A stretch of DNA of 19,839 nt, taken from the NCBI GenBank assembly GCA_038858525.1, contig JAWCFL010000009.1, forward strand, positions 1 to 19,839, written 5' to 3'. A program made the translations under genes and the position numbers. The notes beneath the pieces were generated by a model. The model was not told the DNA's origin, ran no database searches, and worked only from the letters and a program-made list of their open reading frames with translations. Shown piece after piece: positions 9,261 to 17,242 of the stretch. The DNA is from Candidatus Jordarchaeales archaeon (GTDB taxonomy: Archaea > Asgardarchaeota > Jordiarchaeia > Jordiarchaeales > Freyrarchaeaceae). Within the stretch, counting starts at the first letter, position 1. Each line of letters starts with the position of its first letter.

Positions 9261-9292
9261 AATACATTATACAAAATACATTATACAAAATA
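9261..9292. repeat. 14-bp tandem duplication upstream of the toxin-antitoxin operon
   Basis: aatacattatacaa at 9261-9274 and 9275-9288, with a partial third copy (aata). Confidence 0.9.
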
Positions 9293-9298
9293 TAAATT

Positions 9299-9313
9299 TT
9301 ATTCATTGAATAA
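9299..9313. promoter_or_regulatory. Perfect inverted repeat, candidate antitoxin operator
   Basis: ttattca-t-tgaataa, next to an AT-rich TATA-like segment (9291-9300) upstream of the antitoxin. Confidence 0.45.
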
Positions 9314-9489
9314 CCAAGATAAGTTACATTCACCGGTGGTCACGCCAGGACAGCCACACTAGGTGGCGGTATCCTTCAACGCTTCAATAACTTCTTTAAT
9401 TTTTTAGAGGAAACTTTGCTTTTACGCAGAGAGAACAAATATCCTTTAAAAATGGTTCCTACGTTTAGCTTGCTAGAAAAAAGAGGGGA

Positions 9490-10713
9490 CTATGCTAGTT
9501 CGGGTATGACTTCTTCCAGTTTAACTCTTCTTTTGCCTTTCTTGTCGGTGATCTCCACTATGAGCGGGATGCCTTTTGCCCCCATGCGTTTGAGTATTTC
9601 CTGTGCTAGCTTGAGGACATCCATGGGGTCTAGGCATGCTTCCGGTGGAAGTACTCCTTTGCCATGCACTTTGCCCTGCGCCATCAGTATTGTTCCTATG
9701 GCTGCAGGTATCCCTGTTCCTTCACCCATCCCTGCCCCCTTTGATGTGAAGGAGAACGAGTAGGTTACGTCTTCTCCTCCCTTCTTTCCTTTGACGTCTA
9801 TTTTGAGGCACCCCATGGCCTGGGTCATGCCAGCCTCCTTGAGGAGTTTCTCCCTTTGTGAGAGTATGAATGCTACGGCGAACTCGAGTGGGACAACTTT
9901 CTGCCCCTGAACGTCTATAGGCTCCTTGCTCGTCATCCCGAGCCTGACGACGTCCTTTATGAGGTTTATGTATTTCGGCGGTGCAACTGTACCAAGGTTT
10001 GTAACTCTCTTAACTCCCTTAATGTACTTGGGCAGGGTTATCGTTTCAGGGTGAGGATAGGCATGGACGTGATATGTTCCGATCTCCGGGAACTCAACCT
10101 CTGTCTCAAGTGCCTTTCCGCTCTCATCGAAAAGCCTTACGGTAACCATCTTTCCATCTAGGAACATGGGTATGTCCATCATCATCGAGTGTATCCTGTG
10201 CTTTATGACAGCCGCCCCCTCACTCGCCTCGCCTCCATGAACGTGGAGGATATCTATAGCATCCGTTCTATCTAGAAGGTTTTCAGCGCAGTACTTCGCT
10301 ATCACGTTGGCGAGGCCCGGCGAGCTCCCCATCCCTATGAGCGCAGTCACGCCAGCCTTCCTAGCGTCATCGTCCATTTTGAGCTGCTCCATCGTCGCGT
10401 CCAAGTCATCACACACATCAACATAGTTGACCTTAGCATCTATAGCCGCCCTCAAAACCTTCGGGCCATACTCGTAGAACGGGCCGGTACAGTTAAGCAC
10501 GACATCCGCATCCTTCATTGCGCTCTTCAAGCTCTCCCGGTCATTAACATCGATGCATTTTACGTCCGTCTTGCACTTGCAAGCTGCAGCAATCCTGCCT
10601 GCAGCCTCCTCACGCACATCTCCTAAAATCATTTCGTCAAACAAGCCGCTTGCACCCAGAATCATGGCGGCCGTACCGCCAACAGTCCCGCAACCCAACA
10701 CGCAAACCTTCAT
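9490..10713 (-). CDS. Saccharopine dehydrogenase-like NAD(P)-dependent oxidoreductase
   Basis: MKVCVLGCGTVG Rossmann motif, DVVLNCTGPFY, NYVDVCDD, GMGSSPGLANV and GVLPPE. Start re-assigned to ATG 10713. Confidence 0.88.
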   Translation of the reverse strand: MKVCVLGCGTVGGTAAMILGASGLFDEMILGDVREEAAGRIAAACKCKTDVKCIDVNDRESLKSAMKDADVVLNCTGPFYEYGPKVLRAAIDAKVNYVDVCDDLDATMEQLKMDDDARKAGVTALIGMGSSPGLANVIAKYCAENLLDRTDAIDILHVHGGEASEGAAVIKHRIHSMMMDIPMFLDGKMVTVRLFDESGKALETEVEFPEIGTYHVHAYPHPETITLPKYIKGVKRVTNLGTVAPPKYINLIKDVVRLGMTSKEPIDVQGQKVVPLEFAVAFILSQREKLLKEAGMTQAMGCLKIDVKGKKGGEDVTYSFSFTSKGAGMGEGTGIPAAIGTILMAQGKVHGKGVLPPEACLDPMDVLKLAQEILKRMGAKGIPLIVEITDKKGKRRVKLEEVIPELA

Positions 10714-10793
10714 TCCTAACACGCCCCACAACCAAGACTAGGAAACCAAGAAAAATACGTTTTTCCTTATAAAAAACAATTTCGCATGCATCA

Positions 10794-10831
10794 TTCAAAA
10801 GATAAAGAGAGCGTTCAAAAGATAAAGAGAG
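10794..10831. repeat. 18-bp direct repeat (20-bp period), T-rich on the minus strand just after the acyl-CoA dehydrogenase stop
   Basis: ttcaaaagataaagagag at 10794-10811 and 10814-10831. On the minus strand each copy reads ctctctttatcttttgaa, resembling an archaeal U-rich terminator. Confidence 0.9.
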
Positions 10832-10840
10832 TGGCTTCCT

Positions 10841-12094
10841 TTACTCGTATCTTTTCTCCTCTGTTTTGTCGGCATCTGCGGCGTCTTCTTCTATGTCTCT
10901 CGCCGGCGTTCTCTCTCCTTTCAGGTACTCTTTGTAGACCTCGTGCTGTATGATCATCCTCATGACCTCGTTCGAACCTGTCCATATAAGCCCTAAGCGT
11001 GCATCCCTAAGCGCTCTCTCCACAGGGTATACTGTGGTATAACCTATTCCTCCGAGTATCTGCATCGCGTTGTTCACCGCCTCCCATCCGGCCTCTGTGG
11101 AGAACGCCTTAGCCTCAGCCACAAGCCTCCTCGCATCAAGCCCCTGATCGGCGGCTCTCGCAGCCATATACGTTAAGGCTCTTGCCGCGTCAAGCTTCAT
11201 AACACTCTCAGCAACCTTGAAGCTTACCCCCTGAAAGTCCCTTATGGGGCGCCCAAAAGCCCTCCTCAAAATACTATACCTTATAGCCACATCCAGCGCG
11301 GCCCGACCACCACCTATCGCTCCAGCCGCGGATGTAAGCCTTTCAGGCACCATCATCCTGTTAAATATGGCTGCACCCTCGTTCTCTTTGCCAAGAAGGT
11401 TTTCGGCTGGAACATGGACATCCTTAAAGACAAGCCGCGACGTCCCCATCCCCCTAAAGCCAAGAAGATTATAAGAGTAGGCGACCTCAACACCCATGCC
11501 TCTCTCAACTATGAAGGCGCTTATAGCTCTATGGCCAGGCACATTTGGGTCAAGATTAGTCCTAGCGTAGACCAGTATGAAGTCCGCCGTCTTACCTCCA
11601 GCTATAAACCGTTTCTCCCCATTAAGAACATAATACTCGCCATCCTTCCGTGCGGTCGTGGTGGTTCCGAAAAAGTCGGATCCGCCTCCTCCGCGAGGCT
11701 CAGTCAGCGCCTCGGCAGAAACGAGCTTACCCTTAAGCATCGGAACAAGGTACTTCCTTTTCTGCTCTTCCGTCCCGAAGTGGTAGAGAGCCTCGCCCAC
11801 TATGCTGGGCATCGAGTAGGCGCACCCGATAGCTGAGCCGACAACACCAACCTCCTCGACGGCAGCGCACTCAGCCACCCAAGTGCTCCCGCGACCACCA
11901 TACTCCCTCGGAAACCTGACTCCGAGAAGGTTCCTCTCACCAAGCTTCCTGTAAACCTCCAAGGGGAAGTCAAGCTCGTCCCTGTCAAGCATATTGAGGT
12001 ACTCGCTGGTTATCTCACGCCTCACGAAGTCCCTAACCTCATCTCTAATCCGCCTTTCCTCGTCACTCAAAACCACATCAAACAAATCAACCAC
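10841..12094 (-). CDS. Acyl-CoA dehydrogenase
   Basis: FPREYGG, FGTEEQKRKYL, ALTEPRGG.GSD, LNGEKRFI, RRAFGRPI, AMQILGGIGY, YPVERALRDAR and IWTGSNE. Exact start uncertain. Confidence 0.95.
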   Translation of the reverse strand: MVDLFDVVLSDEERRIRDEVRDFVRREITSEYLNMLDRDELDFPLEVYRKLGERNLLGVRFPREYGGRGSTWVAECAAVEEVGVVGSAIGCAYSMPSIVGEALYHFGTEEQKRKYLVPMLKGKLVSAEALTEPRGGGGSDFFGTTTTARKDGEYYVLNGEKRFIAGGKTADFILVYARTNLDPNVPGHRAISAFIVERGMGVEVAYSYNLLGFRGMGTSRLVFKDVHVPAENLLGKENEGAAIFNRMMVPERLTSAAGAIGGGRAALDVAIRYSILRRAFGRPIRDFQGVSFKVAESVMKLDAARALTYMAARAADQGLDARRLVAEAKAFSTEAGWEAVNNAMQILGGIGYTTVYPVERALRDARLGLIWTGSNEVMRMIIQHEVYKEYLKGERTPARDIEEDAADADKTEEKRYE

Positions 12095-12101
12095 CCAAAA
12101 A

Positions 12102-12159
12102 GAAGTTCAAGCAAACACAAGATAAACATTATCTTCCAAAACTTAGGAAGTTCAAGCAA
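12102..12159. promoter_or_regulatory. Palindrome flanked by 13-bp direct repeats upstream of the acyl-CoA dehydrogenase (candidate operator)
   Basis: gaagttcaagcaa at 12102-12114 and 12147-12159, enclosing aagataa-aca-ttatctt (12119-12135). Confidence 0.45.
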
Positions 12160-12427
12160 GATGTTCGCTGCCATAAGAAATGAATTGCGCATTATGGTTG
12201 AAATTAGAAAGGTTCGGGAAGGCAAGTTGCTGAACTTCTCTGAATAAAGATGGGCTTCGTGGGATAAGATGAATTGTAAACCTCACCTTATGGTTTCTAC
12301 TAATAGTAGGCAAGAAAGCTTTTGGTTCGTGATGAAGGGGAGTGTTCAACTGAAGAGCTGATCTGGGCGCGGTTACTGCCTTCATCTCTATGGCCTTCAG
12401 CCAGCTAAATATTAATGTTCATTACCG

Positions 12428-12446
12428 CCACCATATGGTGGTTTTT
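12428..12446 (+). terminator. 14-bp perfect palindrome followed by a T-run (terminator-like or protein-binding site)
   Basis: ccaccatatggtgg (12428-12441) followed by ttttt. Confidence 0.35.
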
Positions 12447-12582
12447 GAATTTTGTTCCTTTTGCTCAAAAGTTGTTGTAGCTTGCTCCCCCTCCCTCCGG
12501 GTTTTTCTGTTGCACGTGCCAAAATTTAACGGTGTTTGAAGTAATACTGTCATTTTTCATTTTAATGCCCGTAGGCAATGGC

Positions 12583-12610
12583 AATATAAAGGTTTTTTAA
12601 CCTTTATATT
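12583..12610. promoter_or_regulatory. Perfect 12-bp inverted repeat containing TATA-like boxes, upstream of the methyltransferase
   Basis: aatataaaggtt-tttt-aacctttatatt, ending 29 bp before the ATG at 12640. Confidence 0.6.
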
Positions 12611-12639
12611 TTGGGTTTTGTGCTGCTGGAGGTTGTTGG

Positions 12640-15108
12640 ATGGATGAATGTTTTCTTAGATTGTTCAGTGAAGTGAACAGGGATGCTGCTTTAGAGATGA
12701 GTTACAAGCCTAGGCCCTCCTACATCGCTAGGTGCAGGGAGCTGGGTATTGAGCCGCCGAGGGCTTTTTTTGATCCTAAGCTTAGAAGCCTTCACCCTTG
12801 GGTTGCGAGGCGCCCTAGATCCGTATCTAGGTTGAGCATACTTTTGGCTTTAAAGGAGTTGATTCCGCCGTCCGAGTTGTTAAGTGTTTTTGACGCTGAG
12901 AAGTTGTGTGAGCTGACTGGTAAGGGGTATCCTCCACTGATCTCCTTTTTTCCTCCCAAACAGTTGAACTTAAACCTAACGTTATGTGACCCGATGGCTG
13001 GAGGCGGCTCCATTCCTCTAGAAAGTGTCCTTTTAGGGTTGAACACTGTGGCTTTTGACTATAACCCCGTTGCGTACCTTATTTTGAAGGGTGCCATCGA
13101 GTATCCTTTAAGGTTTGGGGAGGACTTAAGTAGGAGGGTCGAGGAGGAAGCTAAAAAACTTATAAGTTACGCTGAGACCATGCTAGGCCGCTTTTATGGT
13201 GTACATGATGACGCCTACATATTTACCAAGCGCGTTGAGTGCCCATCGTGTGGTGGGAAGCTTTCCTTATCCTCTGCGAACTTTAGCTTTTTAGGGGACT
13301 TCGCCGTAGTAGTTAGAGAGGGAAAAGAAAAAGTCAAAGCTTCATGTGGTAGGTGCGGCTCGAAGTTCGTGGTAGATAAACGTAAGCTTTTACACAACTG
13401 GAGTAGAAAACATGTTAAGGTAGTCTCCTCTCTCTTTTCAAAAGGTGAAGTAGACTTAGAAGACATATTAGAGGCACATCCTCTTCTAGTGATAAAGAGG
13501 GATGATGGCGTATATGTTCCAGCTGTGGAGAAAGACATAGATCTCTTCATAAAGGCGTGCGACGCTTTAGCTGACAACTCGGCTGAACTAGCGAATTTCC
13601 TCCCTTTTGACGAGATACCGCGTGAGAACGACGTTTTCCGCCCCATCTCATCATATGGGCTAACCTCTTGGATCCACATTTTCAACCCAAGGCAGTTGTT
13701 AGCCCTTGGCTCCCTAACCAAGTATGTAGTGGAGCGTGGGGAGGAGCTTTCCTCAAAGGATGGAGAACTCGGTGCTGCTATTACTCTTTATTTAAGTTTC
13801 GGCTTAAGTAAAATGGTTGACTTCAACACCGTCCTCACCACATGGAACTTTTCAAACAAAAGTATAAGGGATACTATAGGCCAGTACGCGCTGTCACGTG
13901 AGATTGATCTAAACGTCAGTTACTGCGAAGCAGTAGTCCCCTACAAGAACCTTCCATGGGCATTCGAGCCCGGAGCGGAGGGGAGCACGGGGGGAGGAAT
14001 ATGCCCCCTGCTTGATGAGCTATGCAGGCAAACGCGGAACGTTAAGGCTAACGTCCGCATCCTTCAGTTTGACGCTAAAAAAACGCACATGTTGGGCTCA
14101 GAGCTCGTAGATATAGTGAACGTTGACCCACCATACTTTGACCAGCACATCTACAGTGACTTCAGCGAGTTTTTCTGGGTTACGACGAAAAGGTGTTTAG
14201 GCAACTTCTTCGGGAAATACTTCTTCGTCGAGAAGGTCGGGGAGCTTGAGGGGTGGAAACACATAGAGTGGAATCCCAAGCTACCATATGTCCCTAGAAG
14301 CGACGAGCTAATTGTTAGGCGTAAGAGCGACGAAAGTGACGTTGAAAAATACAGAAGAAACCTCGCATCATTTCTTAGAAGCGTATACCTCTCTCTGAAA
14401 AAAGACGGAAAACTCGTCTTATGGTTCACACACAAATCATGGAGTGCTTGGGAGTCCATCCTGCGCGCAGTTTACATATCCAACTTCAAAGTTATAGACC
14501 TTTACCCGTTCGTCTCCGAGCATCCAACAAGAAGCGTAACTATGCGTGGTGAGGCCAAGCTTAACAGGACGATAATTATTGTGGCATCTAAAAAATACGA
14601 GCCATTAATGGACATTGACAGCGACGTCTATGACTTCTGCATCAAAGTCTACAGCATGCTGAACCACGCCAAGGTGCTCCCCTCCGAGAAAATAGGTTTT
14701 CCAGAGAAAGCTTTAACTTTGGCTGTAGCAGGCACGGCTAGAATGACCATCCTGGAAAGCGAAGACAAAGAGGACTTCTTCGAGAGAGAGATTGTACCTA
14801 GAGGCGTGGCTTTAGGTTTGCTGTCACTCCTGAGAATAACAGCTAAAGAGAAGGGATTAAAGGACCCAGTAGGCGAAATAGAAAGTATGGAGGGCACAGA
14901 AAAAGCCGCACTGCTCTTAAACTTGGCTTCTACAGCATTTGGGAAAGTTAACCACGACCTGACAAAGAAACTATGTAGCTTCTGCGGCACATCGCTCCGC
15001 GAACTCAAAGAAAAAAGAGCTATAATGGAGAAAGGAAGAACAATTATAGTTACGAAAACGCAGCCTGCACTAGACGGCCTTAACATTCAAGAGGGTGGGC
15101 AAGTTTGA
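12640..15108 (+). CDS. DUF1156-type, Zn-ribbon-containing amino (N6-A/N4-C) DNA methyltransferase
   Basis: 822 aa: LHPWVARRP (DUF1156 signature), CDPMAGGGSIPLE (SAM motif I), CPSCG..CGRCG Zn ribbon, IFNPRQLLAL, VNVDPPYFD (motif IV) and LWFTHKSWSAW. Confidence 0.88.
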   Translation: MDECFLRLFSEVNRDAALEMSYKPRPSYIARCRELGIEPPRAFFDPKLRSLHPWVARRPRSVSRLSILLALKELIPPSELLSVFDAEKLCELTGKGYPPLISFFPPKQLNLNLTLCDPMAGGGSIPLESVLLGLNTVAFDYNPVAYLILKGAIEYPLRFGEDLSRRVEEEAKKLISYAETMLGRFYGVHDDAYIFTKRVECPSCGGKLSLSSANFSFLGDFAVVVREGKEKVKASCGRCGSKFVVDKRKLLHNWSRKHVKVVSSLFSKGEVDLEDILEAHPLLVIKRDDGVYVPAVEKDIDLFIKACDALADNSAELANFLPFDEIPRENDVFRPISSYGLTSWIHIFNPRQLLALGSLTKYVVERGEELSSKDGELGAAITLYLSFGLSKMVDFNTVLTTWNFSNKSIRDTIGQYALSREIDLNVSYCEAVVPYKNLPWAFEPGAEGSTGGGICPLLDELCRQTRNVKANVRILQFDAKKTHMLGSELVDIVNVDPPYFDQHIYSDFSEFFWVTTKRCLGNFFGKYFFVEKVGELEGWKHIEWNPKLPYVPRSDELIVRRKSDESDVEKYRRNLASFLRSVYLSLKKDGKLVLWFTHKSWSAWESILRAVYISNFKVIDLYPFVSEHPTRSVTMRGEAKLNRTIIIVASKKYEPLMDIDSDVYDFCIKVYSMLNHAKVLPSEKIGFPEKALTLAVAGTARMTILESEDKEDFFEREIVPRGVALGLLSLLRITAKEKGLKDPVGEIESMEGTEKAALLLNLASTAFGKVNHDLTKKLCSFCGTSLRELKEKRAIMEKGRTIIVTKTQPALDGLNIQEGGQV

Positions 15109-15876
15109 AAAAAGAGACAAAGGAAGCCATTAAGAAAGAAATACTTAGCTTCGCCGAGAAAATGAGTGAAAGAAAAGTTGAGTTCTCTCTAGAAGATAGA
15201 AGACTTGAAGAGGGCTTTCCCGTTTCACGCCCTTTTCTTTTCCGATGAAGCTCTCTTCGCCTTCAAGTTTCAAAGAAGCCTCGTCACAAAATTAGGCATG
15301 CAGCTCTATCCAAGAATAGCCAAAATAGTGGCGTGCGACAGGTACAGCGAGGTCTACATCGACCATGAGCTAAAAGGAGTCATACCTGAAGACAAAGCGA
15401 ACACCATAGAGAAAATTGTGACGGAGCTGAGACAGGGGATAAGAGCTCCAAATCTCGAATTAGAGCTCAACGAGATAAGGAAGGCCGGTGGAGAGAGAAG
15501 CGTTGAGAGAGCGATAATCGCCGACGTCTTCATTAAAGACCACAAGGATGGTCCTCTATTCGTGGAAATCAAGTCTCCCAGGCCAAATCTAGATATCTGT
15601 GCAGAGACAAAGAAGAAAATGCTCTACTTTAGAACGTTCTTCGAAGAAGAAAATCCTCAAGCCTTCATAGGGTTTCCCTATAATCCATTCGTTTTCAAGG
15701 AAAAATACGCCCACACGTTTGTCTTTCAAATATTCGACTTCGAAAAAGAAGTCCTCGTAGGAGAGGAAATGTGGGACAAGCTCGGAGGCGAAGGAGCCTT
15801 CATAGAGCTATTATCCATACTAGAAGAGATTAAGGGTGAAATCAAAAGACGATTGACAGATAAACAACTTAACTAG
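15105..15876 (+). pseudogene. TdeIII/MjaII-like PD-(D/E)xK restriction endonuclease, frameshifted by a 7-bp tandem duplication
   Basis: TTG at 15105 overlaps the MTase stop (TTGA) and reads MKKETKEAIKKEILSFAEKMSERKVEFSLED. tagaaga is duplicated at 15190-15196 and 15197-15203. Removing one copy gives ...EFSLEDLKRAFPFHALFF...QRSLVTKLG...IIADVF...FVEIKSPRPN, 254 aa with an intact AD...EIK core. Confidence 0.82.
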
Positions 15877-16128
15877 AAATGGAGCATTCTGGTATTAACA
15901 ATCTCGCAAGTTAGCCTTTCAGGTTCCCTCACCCAGATCGCTAAGATGTTAAATGTTGCTTAAGGATACGAGTTTGGCGCTCTCTGCTCGGCGCAACTGG
16001 GTTTTTCGTTGCGAGTGAAGGCAAGTGGGGCTTCGGGGGACGTGGAGAATTTAAAGTTTTTCTGCCTCTTTACAGACAAAAGCTTTTAACATTGGTGGGT
16101 GAGTGTTTTCCGATTGGAGGGATTTAAA

Positions 16129-17172
16129 GTGTCAGAAGTAAGGTTTGGGATGCTTCTGCCTCCCCCTCTGCCGCCCATGGACAAGATACTAAAGATCGCC
16201 GGGATGATCGATGAGGCGGGATACTTCTCGCTGGTGATCCCAGACCACACGTTGATGGTTCCGCCGGGATTTACGCCGAACGCCTTAAGTCTCATGTCGG
16301 CGCTTTCAATGACCACTAGGAGTGTGAGGCTTGGGACGGGGGTTTCGGACGTCGTAAGGTATCATCCCTCAGTTCTCGCCCAGATGATGGCTACGGCTGA
16401 CCACTTGTCTGGCGGCAGGGTTTTCCTCGGGTTGGGGGCAGGGGAGGCGATGAACATTAAACCCTTCGGTATCGAGTGGGGTCGCTCCTACACTAGGCTC
16501 AAGGAAGGAATAGAGGTCCTAAAAAAACTCTGGTCAGGCGAGAAGTTCTCCTATGACGGAACATACTTCAAGTTCAGGAACGCGTTCCTCCAAATAACAC
16601 CCGTCCAGAAAACTATTCCAATATACCTTGGAGCGAATGGCCCAAAGACAAGGGAGCTCGCGGGGGCTACGTGTGAGGGATGGATGCCGATAACCGAGAC
16701 GCCTAAAACGTACAGGGAGAATTTTGGGGACGTTAAGAGAGGTGCTGAGAAGGCTGGTCGAAGCGTGAGAGAGATAGACACAGCGCTTCAGGTTTACACC
16801 GCGGTGGACGAGAGCTACGAAAAAGCGCTGGAGAGGGCCCGGCTCTACAGAGGAATGATGATTTCGGCTGTGGAGAAAGTCGAGCAAGCGGGTTACACCC
16901 TTAACCTTCCAGAGGGCTTCTCCAAGAAGCACTATTTTGAGGAGCTACTTTTAGAGGACGAAATGCTCCTGCAACTGGTTAAACTCTCAGAGCAGGTCAC
17001 CGACGAGATGCTCACCGACTTCTTCATAGTCGGGACACCTAAGGACTGCATAGACAGAATAGAAGAGTTCAGGAAAGCAGGTGTCAAGCACTTTCTCCTG
17101 ATCAACATTGGGCCAGACCCAAAGTACGTGCTCAGAACATACATGGAAAAAATAGCGCCAGCCTTCCAGTAG
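16129..17172 (+). CDS. LLM-class (luciferase-like/Mer-like) flavin- or F420-dependent oxidoreductase
   Basis: IPDH, VRLGTGVSD, YHPSVLAQMMATADHLSGGRVFLGLGAGE, PIYLGANGPKT and VGTPKDCIDRIEEF. GTG 16129 lies 8 nt after GGAGG; the track start is 16099. Confidence 0.9.
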   Translation: MSEVRFGMLLPPPLPPMDKILKIAGMIDEAGYFSLVIPDHTLMVPPGFTPNALSLMSALSMTTRSVRLGTGVSDVVRYHPSVLAQMMATADHLSGGRVFLGLGAGEAMNIKPFGIEWGRSYTRLKEGIEVLKKLWSGEKFSYDGTYFKFRNAFLQITPVQKTIPIYLGANGPKTRELAGATCEGWMPITETPKTYRENFGDVKRGAEKAGRSVREIDTALQVYTAVDESYEKALERARLYRGMMISAVEKVEQAGYTLNLPEGFSKKHYFEELLLEDEMLLQLVKLSEQVTDEMLTDFFIVGTPKDCIDRIEEFRKAGVKHFLLINIGPDPKYVLRTYMEKIAPAFQ

Positions 17173-17242
17173 GATGGGAAGGAAAAGGCTTAATAAATAG
17201 TTCTAATCTTTAGGTGCACGGACTTATCGTGGAGGAGTGGCT

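Noticed and set aside
12640-15876. BREX-like or DUF499/SNF2-type multi-gene defence system
   Set aside because: No ATPase, helicase or PglZ gene flanks the methylase; its neighbours are metabolic genes.
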